Below, piece by piece: positions 1 to 10,415 of a stretch of DNA of 64,000 bases. This stretch comes from Sulfurospirillaceae bacterium. Lineage in GTDB: Bacteria > Campylobacterota > Campylobacteria > Campylobacterales > Sulfurospirillaceae. The notes beneath the pieces were generated by a model. That model saw only the letters and a program-made list of their open reading frames with translations, ran no database searches and had not been told where the DNA came from. A program made the position numbers and the translations under genes. The first letter of the stretch is position 1; every line of letters starts with the position of its first letter. The stretch is taken from assembly GCA_033723415.1 (NCBI GenBank), contig JAWVXD010000001.1, forward strand, positions 397,090-461,089, given 5' to 3'.

Positions 1-292
1 TGATGGAAAAGTTTACGACGGATTTTTGGCCTTTTCAAACTGGTTGTACAAGCAGACAGAATCTACATGGCAAATTTCTCTAGATAGACTGGCTAAGCTT
101 TTATATGAGTATTTAACTATAGAGTTAAATGTAGATATGATAGAGCTAAAAGATCGACTCATAGAAGACTTAAGTGTAGTAAGAGGACGTAAAATACCAA
201 AATTTTTAAGGATTGAAGATAACAAACAAAATAAAAAAGAAAACGATACTCCTACGTTCAACAAACGACAACTAAAACATTCCGGGATATAG
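1..292 (+). CDS. 3' end of a gene entering from the left edge (possibly C-terminus of a B12-binding radical SAM protein)
   Basis: Frame of ORF 26..292 is open back to the window edge (DGKVYDGFLAFSNWLY...); product is a guess. Confidence 0.4.
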   Translation, partial: DGKVYDGFLAFSNWLYKQTESTWQISLDRLAKLLYEYLTIELNVDMIELKDRLIEDLSVVRGRKIPKFLRIEDNKQNKKENDTPTFNKRQLKHSGI

Positions 293-293
293 A

Positions 294-1025
294 TTACTTC
301 CAGATATCTTCTTCGTCTAAAGATGGATTATTTTGCAATATCTTGTATGGTTCGTAATTTGCTTTGTAATTTAGACTATTGCAGTCTTTTACATAATAGC
401 CAAGATAAATCCAGTCTAAGTTAAAATTTTTAGCAAGTTGAATTTGAACATAGATTGAATATCTACCAAGCGAAAAGTCTGCATATTCTGGATCATAATA
501 AAAATAAATGGAAGAAATTCCATTGTCCATAAAATCAATAAGATCAACTGCTACAAGTTTATTATCGATAAAGTAAAGCACCTCTTTACCAAATTTTCCT
601 GCTCCTGACATATATAGATCAAAATAACTACTTGGTTTTATTTTATAGCTTTTCCAACCTTTTTTATATTCCATATGTGCATGATACTTTTCATAAATTT
701 CAAGATGTTCATTTGAAAGGGTTGGTTTTTGTATAGTATATACTGTTTTTTGATTTTTCCGGATGGTTCGTCTTGCACTTTTGCTAAAAGTATAATTTTT
801 TGCATCTATTTTCAGACTTTTACATTCGTTGCAATTATCACAATTTGGTCGGGAGTAATAATTACCAAATCTTCTCCAGCCTCTTTTTACCAGTTTATCG
901 TTTAAACTACTAGTACAGTTCTCTATATATTTATATTCCATTCTAGAGCGTTTATCACTAAGATAAGAACATTGATTCGCTAAAGTTGAAAACTCGATAA
1001 TTTTGGTGGATAGCTGCATATTCAT
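294..1025 (-). CDS. ate: Arginyl-tRNA-protein transferase / Asp-Glu leucyltransferase (ATE/Bpt family)
   Basis: CSYL, GWRRFG..YSRPNC..C..C, YFYYDP, YLGYYV..C.SL.YK motifs. Confidence 0.9.
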   Translation of the reverse strand: MNMQLSTKIIEFSTLANQCSYLSDKRSRMEYKYIENCTSSLNDKLVKRGWRRFGNYYSRPNCDNCNECKSLKIDAKNYTFSKSARRTIRKNQKTVYTIQKPTLSNEHLEIYEKYHAHMEYKKGWKSYKIKPSSYFDLYMSGAGKFGKEVLYFIDNKLVAVDLIDFMDNGISSIYFYYDPEYADFSLGRYSIYVQIQLAKNFNLDWIYLGYYVKDCNSLNYKANYEPYKILQNNPSLDEEDIWK

Positions 1026-1029
1026 TGAG

Positions 1030-1200
1030 TTAGCCTATTTTTTTAATACCGCTATCTTTGACAAATTCTAAAAACTCGTCTTTTAATTTTTTTTCTTTTC
1101 TTGCTTTCTCTTCTTCAATTCTCTTATCATTCTCTATTTTTTCATTTTCTTTCATATTATTTTTTAAATTTTTTAAATCGTCAAATAACGAATTTTGCAT
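1030..1200 (-). CDS. Small charged hypothetical protein (56 aa, MQNSLFDDLKNLK...FVKDSGIKKIG)
   Basis: Read by hand; GGAG RBS upstream of ATG, fills gap in a minus-strand operon; below ORF-track cutoff. Confidence 0.7.
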   Translation of the reverse strand: MQNSLFDDLKNLKNNMKENEKIENDKRIEEEKARKEKKLKDEFLEFVKDSGIKKIG

Positions 1201-1227
1201 TTTATCTCCAAGCTATATTTTTATTAA

Positions 1228-2025
1228 TTATATCAAAATAAATTCATTCTCCAATAAATTTGAAATCATAATATGATCACCTAGTGTTTTTCCCAATCCC
1301 AATATGATCTTTATAGCCTCGCTACATTGCACTGAAGCTGCAAATGTCACAGAGAATGAAGGATTTCCTATACTCTTTTCAATCCCGCTACTACCGGTCT
1401 TATAGAGATTTTCTAGTGTTAAGTTTGTACAGAACTGACCATTTAATCCGGCTATGGCACCATGTACGAAGTTTAATCCATTTTCCTTACACTCAATTGA
1501 CAATTCAAGCTTTGTTCCAGGGTTGTCTAATGCATCTATTACAACATTTGCAGTCGAGATAAAATCAAGATCATTTTTTGGTTTAAACTTTTTTACATAA
1601 GCGTTTATCTGAATAGACGGATTGATCCTTTCTAGTTCCTCTTTTGCAACTAGGACTTTTTCTCTGCCAAGTGTTGCATAATTTGAAAAATTTTGCCTGT
1701 TAAGATTGTGCTCTTCAAAAATATCAAAATCAAATAAAGAGAGTTTTCCAACTCCGATTCTGGTCAAAATTTCTGCTATATGCCCACCGAGACCTCCACA
1801 TCCTATAATAGCAATATGCGATTCCAAAAGTTTTAGCTGATCTTTTACACATATCGTTGATTGATTTCGCTTATATCTAAGAGGAGTTATATTATTTTTT
1901 AGTGCTATCTTCTCAACTTCTCGCAAAGTCGTTTGAAATTTTTGTGCAGCCTTCTTATGTAGGTCCATAGGCAAATAATTGTCATATAAGTTGTCTAACA
2001 AATAATTTAATATTTTTTGTTGCAT
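1228..2025 (-). CDS. ThiF/MoeB-family adenylyltransferase (sulfur-carrier activation)
   Basis: RYKRN, IIGCGGLGG, DFD.FEEHNLNRQ, DALDN motifs. Confidence 0.9.
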   Translation of the reverse strand: MQQKILNYLLDNLYDNYLPMDLHKKAAQKFQTTLREVEKIALKNNITPLRYKRNQSTICVKDQLKLLESHIAIIGCGGLGGHIAEILTRIGVGKLSLFDFDIFEEHNLNRQNFSNYATLGREKVLVAKEELERINPSIQINAYVKKFKPKNDLDFISTANVVIDALDNPGTKLELSIECKENGLNFVHGAIAGLNGQFCTNLTLENLYKTGSSGIEKSIGNPSFSVTFAASVQCSEAIKIILGLGKTLGDHIMISNLLENEFILI

Positions 2026-2088
2026 TCTAAATCCTATTAGTGTTATAATTGTTCATAAATACTTCAAATAAAGTCTGGAGGCAAACAA

Positions 2089-2376
2089 TTGATAAAAATC
2101 ACTTTTAATGCTTTCTCATTTTTGAGAGAAAAGCTCAAAAAGCAAAATATCCCATATGTCAATGCCCTTATGGAATTTCCAGATAATTATACACCAAACC
2201 TTATAATAAAAAAGTTTGGCTACGATGATAGAGAAGTGGAAGCAGTATTTATAAACGGAAAAGTAATGCCAAAAGATACTGTTTTAAAAACTGGCGATAG
2301 ACTAGCTCTATTGCCTCCTGGAACTCCTGGATGTTATCGCCTGATACTCGGCATAAAACAAGAGGAGGGTGCTTGA
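2089..2376 (+). CDS. MoaD/ThiS-like ubiquitin-fold protein with extended C-terminus
   Basis: AVFINGK...L.TGDRLALLPP pattern; TTG start with GGAGG RBS; no terminal GG. Confidence 0.7.
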   Translation: MIKITFNAFSFLREKLKKQNIPYVNALMEFPDNYTPNLIIKKFGYDDREVEAVFINGKVMPKDTVLKTGDRLALLPPGTPGCYRLILGIKQEEGA

Positions 2377-2622
2377 TCAGCCCCCTCCAACTTTAGGGAA
2401 TATAGAAAAAATATGTCCATCCTCTAGCACAAAATCTTCTTCTATGTGTCTTCCGTTTACCATTAAAACACCGATAGGAAGCCTTTCTTGATCAATACCA
2501 ATATCTTCTAGAACAAATTTGGCAGTAGTCCCTTTTGGGTACTGCCTAGTATCTGCTTTAAATCTGCCTTCTCGATATTGTGCGAAAAGCTTCACGGTGA
2601 TTGTAATCATCTCGGCCATCAA
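2377..2622 (-). CDS. MoaD/ThiS sulfur-carrier protein
   Basis: ITVKLFA start, MVNGRH, C-terminal IFPKVGGG. Confidence 0.85.
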   Translation of the reverse strand: MMAEMITITVKLFAQYREGRFKADTRQYPKGTTAKFVLEDIGIDQERLPIGVLMVNGRHIEEDFVLEDGHIFSIFPKVGGG

Positions 2623-4361
2623 AAATTCCAGAACTCATCAATCTCTTCATTTGTAAAGTCCCAAGTTACATTATGTGGTGGAAGAGCTTCGTATTTCATA
2701 AACTCAGGTAGTCTGTCGTCATGTTTAGTTAATCCTGCGTTTAGGTTAAACTCATGTTCTGTTTTGAGTATGTTTTTACCAAGATTCATAACATCATCAG
2801 TTGTTAAATTTATACCAAATCTTGCATTTATCATATCTATCAAAGCAGGCAAACACTTCGGATCATCAAGCGCCGGGAATGCAACAAAGATACACATGCC
2901 AGTACTGTCAACAGCGGCAGATGCTATCTGAAGATTACGCGCTAACTCTACTTGACCTTCTTTCTTTAATGGATCTACATGACCACCACTGTTTAATATA
3001 TTTGTGGCAACTGCATAACCTGCAGTATGATCAGCACCCATTGGAGTAGTTGCATAAGTGATACCTTGACCTTTTACGGCTCTTGGTTCATAAGCAGGAA
3101 TACTTTGGTTCTTTACAACAGGTACACGAACTAATCCATACAATTTACCTAGATTACCGGCACCTGAACCTACGATTCTACCAAGATGAGTTCCTTCGCA
3201 AACTTCATACTTTAGTATCTCGTATGCTCTGTCTCCATCTCCAAATTCAATAAGCCCGGCATCAACTGCAAGTCCAAGAGTTACACCTGTTTCGATTGCA
3301 TCGACTCCCATATCATCCATCAAAGCATCTATCTTTGCAATCTGATCCAAGTCTCTAATACCTAGATTTGCACCAAAAGCCCAAATCATCTCATATTCAA
3401 AACCGGAAGTTAGATATTTACCTTCTTTATCGTTATATGTTTGAGAACACTGAATAACGCAGCCTGCATGACAACCGTGAGTCGTGCTACCGCCTCTGGC
3501 TTTAATATTTTCAGCCATTGTCTCGCCACAGATATTTTCTGCATTATCAGAATAACCTGATCTGAAATTTCGAGTCGGTAAGCCTCCTGCCTCATTTATG
3601 ATATTTACCAAAACATTTGTTCCAAACGCCGGTAATCCTTCACCGCTGATAGGATTGTCTTGAAGAGCTTTTGTAAAAATCTTACTCGCTTCTTTGAATT
3701 TTTCTACATCTACGATACTTGCACTGGCTTCATTGAACTTTTCTGCATCTACGGTGATACACTTGATCTTTTTAGAACCCATAACAGCACCGAGTCCACC
3801 ACGTCCGTGACTTCTTAGTTTTCCTTTTGGATCTTTTACAGAAACATTGGATATGAGCATTTTCATCTCTCCCGGACGTCCTATACTCATCACTGCTACT
3901 TTTTTATCATATTTTTCCATCATAGCATCTAAAACAAAATAGTTATCTTTTCCAACAAGTTCAGGAACTTTGTGTATTTCTATGTTTTCTTTTGTTACAT
4001 GGATATGATAAAACGTACTATCATCTTTAGGCATACCTTCGATTATCAGTGCTTTTACACCGAGTTTTGCCATAATACCGGCAGATGTTCCGCCGACATT
4101 ACTTTCTTTTATACCGCCTGTCAATGGACTCTTTGCCCCAAGAGAGTTTCTTCCGCTGTTTGACGCACTTGTACCGGAAAGCAGTCCCGGAGCAAAAACA
4201 AGCTTGTTATTTGGCCCAAGAGGGTGACATTCCGGATCAACTTCCGCAGCAACGATTGTAGAGGTCAATCCTCTACCTCCTAATCCCATCCAAGCCTCAG
4301 GAACATTTTCAATCTTAAAACTAAGATCTGACATATTCACTCTGTAAATTTTGTCTGACAT
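2619..4361 (-). CDS. aor: Tungsten-dependent aldehyde:ferredoxin oxidoreductase
   Basis: GGRGL, KSPLTGGIKESN.GG, GRGGLGAVMGSKKIK, CHAGC.IQC Fe-S motif, EYE, DDMGVDAI, AYEPR. Confidence 0.92.
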   Translation of the reverse strand: MSDKIYRVNMSDLSFKIENVPEAWMGLGGRGLTSTIVAAEVDPECHPLGPNNKLVFAPGLLSGTSASNSGRNSLGAKSPLTGGIKESNVGGTSAGIMAKLGVKALIIEGMPKDDSTFYHIHVTKENIEIHKVPELVGKDNYFVLDAMMEKYDKKVAVMSIGRPGEMKMLISNVSVKDPKGKLRSHGRGGLGAVMGSKKIKCITVDAEKFNEASASIVDVEKFKEASKIFTKALQDNPISGEGLPAFGTNVLVNIINEAGGLPTRNFRSGYSDNAENICGETMAENIKARGGSTTHGCHAGCVIQCSQTYNDKEGKYLTSGFEYEMIWAFGANLGIRDLDQIAKIDALMDDMGVDAIETGVTLGLAVDAGLIEFGDGDRAYEILKYEVCEGTHLGRIVGSGAGNLGKLYGLVRVPVVKNQSIPAYEPRAVKGQGITYATTPMGADHTAGYAVATNILNSGGHVDPLKKEGQVELARNLQIASAAVDSTGMCIFVAFPALDDPKCLPALIDMINARFGINLTTDDVMNLGKNILKTEHEFNLNAGLTKHDDRLPEFMKYEALPPHNVTWDFTNEEIDEFWNF

Positions 4362-4465
4362 TTTTTCTCCTTTTGAGACATCTGCTATGTATGCCTTATT
4401 GTCCCTATTTTACGTCTTTTATAATTAAAATAGTATTAAATTTTTTGAATCATTAAATAAAGAAA

Positions 4466-4484
4466 ATATGCAAAATTTGCATAT
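4466..4484. promoter_or_regulatory. Perfect 9-1-9 palindrome ATATGCAAA-A-TTTGCATAT, candidate operator
   Basis: Sits in the divergent intergenic region between aor and the MFS gene. Confidence 0.4.
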
Positions 4485-4598
4485 CTTTTTTTACACACTT
4501 TTTTAATTTAGACAACATAAAAAGTGAATTTTTGCTATCATAACGGGGAAATTTTAAATCCGATAAAAAATCTTTGATTGTAGGGAACAGAGTAAAAT

Positions 4599-5759
4599 AT
4601 GATATCAAAAAAACAAATCTTGATCATGTCAGCAGCAGCCGGAGTAAATGCCGCAAATATTTATTATTCTCAGCCTATCTTGAATAATATTGCATTAAAT
4701 CTAAATCTTAGTCATGGACAGGTTGGAAATCTTCCTGTATTCACACAGGTTGGTTATGGACTTGGATTGTTCTTTTTAACTCCGCTTGGAGATATGATAG
4801 ATCGAAAAAAGTTGATAGTATTTTTACAGATCTCATTAGTATTTACTTTATTTGGTATGACGATCATAGATAATATAAATTCTCTATACATATTGAGCCT
4901 TATGACAGGACTTTTTGCTGTTGCTCCACAAGTAATCATACCTATGGCAGTCTCTATGAGTCCAAACACAAAAGGCAAGGTTGTAGGTACCATATTTAGC
5001 GGCCTATTGATAGGCATCTTGATAGCTAGGACTTTTAGTGGATATATGGCACATTGGTTCTCTTGGCATACGGTATATGGATTATCTGCTTTATTTGTTT
5101 TTCTCTGCATCGTCTTGGTTCAAAAGACTCTACCAAACATAGAACCAAATTATTCAAGCAGTTATATATCACTTTTAAGATCAACTTTTGTGCAGATGAA
5201 ACGATTTGCTCTTTTGAGAAAAGTTTCACTTTTGGGAGTTTTTTCATTTGGTATTTTTTCATCTTTTTGGACTACACTGACGTTTAGATTAAGTGAGGGG
5301 CCATTTCATTATAGTAGCGGCACTATAGGGTTATTTGGTATTTTAGCAGTAGGAGGTGCTCTTCTAGCTCCAAAACTTGGTAAACTTTCTGATAGGGTCA
5401 ATCCTCAATTAACAAAATTTTTGGCTGTTTTTACTATCATAATATCCATACTTATGATTAGATGGTTTGACACATATGTATTGGCTTTTGTTCTAGCTAC
5501 TATTTTACTTGACATAGGTGTTCAGGCTATCCAGATAAACAATTTTGCGCAAATTTATACCTTGGATGAAGAAGCTCACAGCAGGATAAATACAGCATAC
5601 ATGACAAGCATGTTCCTGGGTGGATCTATCGGTACGTTTATAGGTGTAAAATGCTGGGAGTTTGGCGGATGGAACTTTGTCACTATACAACTTTTATCAT
5701 GGTCGCTCATAGCCTTGATTATAGTATCTTCAAGCTATAAAAGTATAAAAAAAACTTAA
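4599..5759 (+). CDS. MFS transporter (YnfM-like)
   Basis: About 12 hydrophobic segments; ANIYYSQP, PLGD..DRK, G.LIGILIAR motifs. Confidence 0.9.
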   Translation: MISKKQILIMSAAAGVNAANIYYSQPILNNIALNLNLSHGQVGNLPVFTQVGYGLGLFFLTPLGDMIDRKKLIVFLQISLVFTLFGMTIIDNINSLYILSLMTGLFAVAPQVIIPMAVSMSPNTKGKVVGTIFSGLLIGILIARTFSGYMAHWFSWHTVYGLSALFVFLCIVLVQKTLPNIEPNYSSSYISLLRSTFVQMKRFALLRKVSLLGVFSFGIFSSFWTTLTFRLSEGPFHYSSGTIGLFGILAVGGALLAPKLGKLSDRVNPQLTKFLAVFTIIISILMIRWFDTYVLAFVLATILLDIGVQAIQINNFAQIYTLDEEAHSRINTAYMTSMFLGGSIGTFIGVKCWEFGGWNFVTIQLLSWSLIALIIVSSSYKSIKKT

Positions 5760-5893
5760 ATATTTTTCTTCCGACAAGAATCCAAACCTAAAAAATATAG
5801 TAAGTACCTTTTAAGCAAACGGTTCTTATAATGCACCTATAATTTAGGAATAACTTTGCCTAAAACAAGGCAAAAAACTTTATAAGGAAATCC

Positions 5894-6649
5894 ATGAAAA
5901 ATCCAACTATTGCACAATTACAAAATAGAAAATCGATCCGACAATTTACAGGAGAAGAGGTTAGTGATTCTGACTTAGATCTTATATTTAGAACTGCTCA
6001 AAGAGCACCTACTTCGATTAACGGGCAGCAAATAAGCCTTATCTACACAAAAGATAAAGCGATGCTTGAAACAATAGCTGATCTTTGTGGAGGACAAACT
6101 CACATAGCCACAGCTTCTGTTTTTGTAGGAGTCGTCATCGACTTTAACAGAACCAGTACCATTGTAGAGAGTATAGGTAGGAAACATGTCATAGAACAAA
6201 GTGCTGAGGGTATTATGGTCGGTGCCGTTGATGCAGGTATCATGTTAGATCACCTCCAAAGTGCCGCAGAGGCCTTAGGCTATGGCACAACTGCCATTGG
6301 TGCGGTGCGTGGTAGGGCAGATGAGATGATCAAGCTTTTTAAGTTGACACAAAAAACATTTTTAGCAGTAGGATGCACGATAGGTGTACCTACAGAAGCT
6401 GCAAAAAATGCCCCGCTGAAACCTCGGGTATCATTGGATAGTTTTGTTATGGAAGGTTCATATGATAGTGAGAAAGTAAAAGCCGGCGCATTAGAGTATG
6501 AAAATACTCTCAAAACTTTTAGAGATGAAACAGGCAGTGGTTCAATGCCGACTTATGCTGAAATGACATCAAAATATTATGCTGATATTTACTATCGAAA
6601 AACAGGTAAAACCTTGGAAGCGCAAGGATTTGCTTTTAAAGACGAGTAG
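5894..6649 (+). CDS. NfsA-family nitroreductase / flavin reductase
   Basis: RKSIRQF, RAPTSINGQ, AAEALGYGT.AIGAVR, KPR motifs. Confidence 0.88.
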   Translation: MKNPTIAQLQNRKSIRQFTGEEVSDSDLDLIFRTAQRAPTSINGQQISLIYTKDKAMLETIADLCGGQTHIATASVFVGVVIDFNRTSTIVESIGRKHVIEQSAEGIMVGAVDAGIMLDHLQSAAEALGYGTTAIGAVRGRADEMIKLFKLTQKTFLAVGCTIGVPTEAAKNAPLKPRVSLDSFVMEGSYDSEKVKAGALEYENTLKTFRDETGSGSMPTYAEMTSKYYADIYYRKTGKTLEAQGFAFKDE

Positions 6650-6687
6650 TTATCTTTAAAAAAGGGATAGGCACAAGGGTGGACTAA

Positions 6688-7419
6688 ATGGCTAAAATAT
6701 TTATCACGGGATCAACAGACGGTTTGGGATTTTTGGCTGCACAGATGCTGCTAAAACAGGGGCATAAGGTTGTTCTGCATGCACGAAATAATGAGAGGGC
6801 AGAGCAAGTACGGCACAAACTCCCGACTGCTGAGAAAGTATTGATTGCGGACCTCTCAAATATCGAAGAGACTAAAAGATTAGCAACTTCAGTCAATGCC
6901 TTGGGCCCTTTTGATGCTATTATACATAATGCGGGAGTTTATCAGGTTTCAAAACAGCTTATCTTTGCTGTCAATACGCTAGCGCCGTATATCTTGACTT
7001 GCTTGATACAAAAACCTAAACGCCTCATCTATATCGGTTCAGACTTGCATCTTCAGGGTGATCCAACTCTTCAAGACTTCTCTCTTGAAACGGGAGCAAG
7101 TTATTCTGATTCTAAATTTCATGTTTTGTTACTCTCCATGGCTGTAGCGCGTAAATGGCCAGATGTTTATGTCAATACCGTTAATCCAGGCTGGGTACCG
7201 ACGAAAATGGGTGGTTCGAGTGCGACGGATGATCTGCAAAAAGGGGCTGAGTCACAAGTGTGGCTTGCTGTGAGCAGTGATATTAGAGCTCAAGTAAGTG
7301 GTCGTTATATTTTCCATCAACAAGAAGCGCATTATTTACCAGAAGCAGACGATATAGATACGCAAGAAAAATTGTTGACACTTTGTGAACAGATCAGCGG
7401 AATCCATTTTCCAGATTAG
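6688..7419 (+). CDS. Short-chain dehydrogenase/reductase
   Basis: ITGSTDGLG, HNAG, YSDSK catalytic motif, PGWVPTKMGG. Confidence 0.9.
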   Translation: MAKIFITGSTDGLGFLAAQMLLKQGHKVVLHARNNERAEQVRHKLPTAEKVLIADLSNIEETKRLATSVNALGPFDAIIHNAGVYQVSKQLIFAVNTLAPYILTCLIQKPKRLIYIGSDLHLQGDPTLQDFSLETGASYSDSKFHVLLLSMAVARKWPDVYVNTVNPGWVPTKMGGSSATDDLQKGAESQVWLAVSSDIRAQVSGRYIFHQQEAHYLPEADDIDTQEKLLTLCEQISGIHFPD

Positions 7420-7527
7420 AAGAAACCCGTAAATATTATGTTGATATCTACTACCATTTGCTAGTTTAGGATATAAAAAGTATAATTTTCATATAAAAAT
7501 TAAAACAAGCAACATATTGGAGTAAAA

Positions 7528-10389
7528 ATGTCCGAGACTTGCAATCGTAGACCAAAGTGTACACATCAAAAATATGGTGATTCTACGAAGTGTATCTTGC
7601 ATTGTGATAAATCAAATTTTAACGATGATGATATAAGATTTTTTTGGGAAAAAATACGGGAAGAATATATTCAGTACTCTTATCCTGATATTTCTAATGA
7701 GATTATCATAGAAGATGTAATCTTCCCTAAATTTGGAATTTTTAACAGGTATAACACATATTTTTTTCAAGGCAATTGTAGATTCCTTCATAATGTAAAA
7801 TTTATAAAGTGTATTTTTACAGATAATTTTGATTTATCACAAGCCGAATCTAGCCAAAAGATAACATTTGATAATTGTACTTTCTATGGAGATATTCAGT
7901 TCAGCCAGTCAAATACAATAGAGATAATAAATAATTCTCAGTTTAAAAATGAAGTCTCATTTGGACATTCCTGCTGGAATAAATTAGAGATAAAAAGCAC
8001 CAAGTTTTTTCAAGATACAAAAATATACATAAAAAATGATTTAAATATAGATGATTGTACTTTTAATAATGATGTCTTAATAGATGGTTTTACTACTTTG
8101 AACTTAGGTATTAAAAACGGATCATATAAGAAACTAGTAACCATAAGTAATACCAAAAGTATAAAGCTTGAAGATGTTAAATTGAACTCAGATGTAAATT
8201 TCAGTGGGACTAATGATAATATCGATATAAAAAATATCGAATTTAAGAAAGATGTGACTTTTGATGCATTTAATAATTTACACTTAAACAACACCCAGTT
8301 TCATCAAAAAAGCAATTTTAGTCCAAACCCATATCATGACATCACTTTTGACAACACAAAAATGAATGATGTGGAATTACATTCTGGGAATACTTTGACT
8401 ATCGTTAATTCTAGTGAAGTCAATGGAAATCTAAAGCTAAACGAAGTATATCAAAAGTTAAATATTGAAAATTGTAATATTAAGAAAAACTTGAATGTTG
8501 GCAATGTCAAGGAGATTATATTAAAGTGGAGTAGACTTGAAAAAAACTCAGTATTTAGCGGTGTATATAATGATGTAGATATCTTGGAATGCTCATTTAA
8601 AGACTTGACAATAAATGCAACCAATACAATAAAAATAAGTGACAGTAAAATTACTGGTGACCTTGATTTGCTTGGACAAGACTATAAAGATATATCTGCC
8701 AGCCACACTGAGATTTCTGGTACGATACAAATAGGTAAAGCGACAAAAATAGAGTTAATTGATCTAAAACCAAATCCATCTCTAAAACTGATAAATGATG
8801 AATATGAAGATGTCAATATAAAAGACTCAAGATTTACCGATGTTAAAATGAACTCTATAAAGGTATTAAATATTCAAAAGACTACAATAAATGGTATATT
8901 TAGTTTATTGGGAGAACAAAATCAAAATTTAACCTTTAATACGGTTAAATTTAAAAATAGATGTGATTTTCCTAATATTACTAAGTTGATTTTCAATAAA
9001 AGCAGTTTTGCAAAAGATGTGAATTTTAATACTTTAGGCAGGTTAGTTTCAAATCAAACTCAATTCAATGAAGACGTGAAATTTTTAGCAGAATGCACAA
9101 CTATTGAACTTGAAAATTGCGAATTTCATCAAAAAATGCAACTCTCAAAAGTTACAAATTCGTTGGATTTCAAATCTTGTTGCTTTAAAGGGGAGGTCGA
9201 TTTCAGGAATGGTGAATTTAAGGTAGTAAATATACTTTCTTCAACTTTTGAAGGTGATTTATTGTTATCCTCATCCATAATAGAAAAAATTCATCTAGAT
9301 AAGATAACAGAAGAATTGGCTGAAAATAACTCATTTTCTTCCGTAGATTTTACTGAATCACAAATTAAGTATATTACTATAGCCAACTCTAATTTTAGTG
9401 GTACATTAAAATTTACAAAGTTACAGCAAACACAATCTTTATTATCCTTAGATAATATTACAACGTCGACTATTGAATGTTTGATGATTGAACATAGTAC
9501 GATAATGAACTTATTTAGGAGTTCCAAGCATCTAATAATTAACAATTTTACACTAGAAAATGTAAAATTAGACACAAATAGTTCAGAAATAGATTTAACA
9601 GATATAAAAATAAGTGAACTAAAATTCAATAAAATAAGTATCTTAAAAAATATGAATTTTAGTGAAATGAAGATAAAAAAATTCATAATAGGCAATTCAA
9701 ACATAGAACATGTATTTAGAATAAAATACTCTGATATAGGTACTTTTACACTCATATCTAGTACTTTTGAAGACTTACAGATAATAGACAATAAATGTGA
9801 GCATTTTGATGAAGAAAAAAAATTAATATTGAGAAACACGACAATAAAAAATGCTGTATTAGACAAATTAAGATATAACAGTTTTATTATGAATGATGCT
9901 CATGTAAGTGATGTTAAAATAGGTTATGTAAAGTTCAAAAAGGGGAGTAGAGAAACAAATAGATTTTTCAAAAATTATTATGATTCAATTAGTGATTATA
10001 TTACAGCAAATACATATTATAAACAAGAGATGGAAGAACAACTCAAAGCTTCTTCTACTGATAACGGGGAGAAATTTGTTTTATGGATAGGGAAAACAGT
10101 TTCTAATTTTGGGCAAAGTTGGAGTCGACCTCTTTGCTTAATGATTTGTTTTTCAATTTTCTTTTTTATGTATATGCATTGGCAAATATTTTATAGCTAC
10201 GGATGGCATTATTTATGGCAAAGTAAATTAACTATTTGGAATGAATTTTGGGAATTTTTAAATCCATTTGTAAGAACAATTGATCCACAATACAAAGGAA
10301 GTTATAGTATTTGGATATTTCATAAAATATTGATGGCTATTCTCATGTATCATTTTATTGTAGCAGTAAAAAGAAAAACAAAAAGATAA
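7528..10389 (+). CDS. 953-aa pentapeptide-like beta-solenoid protein with N-terminal Cys/His cluster and C-terminal membrane domain
   Basis: C..CILHC N-terminus; long run of (I/F)xNxxF-type repeats; SNFGQSWSRPL followed by 2-3 hydrophobic helices. Confidence 0.7.
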   Translation: MSETCNRRPKCTHQKYGDSTKCILHCDKSNFNDDDIRFFWEKIREEYIQYSYPDISNEIIIEDVIFPKFGIFNRYNTYFFQGNCRFLHNVKFIKCIFTDNFDLSQAESSQKITFDNCTFYGDIQFSQSNTIEIINNSQFKNEVSFGHSCWNKLEIKSTKFFQDTKIYIKNDLNIDDCTFNNDVLIDGFTTLNLGIKNGSYKKLVTISNTKSIKLEDVKLNSDVNFSGTNDNIDIKNIEFKKDVTFDAFNNLHLNNTQFHQKSNFSPNPYHDITFDNTKMNDVELHSGNTLTIVNSSEVNGNLKLNEVYQKLNIENCNIKKNLNVGNVKEIILKWSRLEKNSVFSGVYNDVDILECSFKDLTINATNTIKISDSKITGDLDLLGQDYKDISASHTEISGTIQIGKATKIELIDLKPNPSLKLINDEYEDVNIKDSRFTDVKMNSIKVLNIQKTTINGIFSLLGEQNQNLTFNTVKFKNRCDFPNITKLIFNKSSFAKDVNFNTLGRLVSNQTQFNEDVKFLAECTTIELENCEFHQKMQLSKVTNSLDFKSCCFKGEVDFRNGEFKVVNILSSTFEGDLLLSSSIIEKIHLDKITEELAENNSFSSVDFTESQIKYITIANSNFSGTLKFTKLQQTQSLLSLDNITTSTIECLMIEHSTIMNLFRSSKHLIINNFTLENVKLDTNSSEIDLTDIKISELKFNKISILKNMNFSEMKIKKFIIGNSNIEHVFRIKYSDIGTFTLISSTFEDLQIIDNKCEHFDEEKKLILRNTTIKNAVLDKLRYNSFIMNDAHVSDVKIGYVKFKKGSRETNRFFKNYYDSISDYITANTYYKQEMEEQLKASSTDNGEKFVLWIGKTVSNFGQSWSRPLCLMICFSIFFFMYMHWQIFYSYGWHYLWQSKLTIWNEFWEFLNPFVRTIDPQYKGSYSIWIFHKILMAILMYHFIVAVKRKTKR

Positions 10390-10415
10390 TAGAAACACAA
10401 TATCAATTTCCCTTA

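Noticed and set aside
9291..9866. 191-aa antisense ORF and similar shadow ORFs elsewhere in the track
   Set aside because: Fully antisense to well-supported genes, no RBS or motifs
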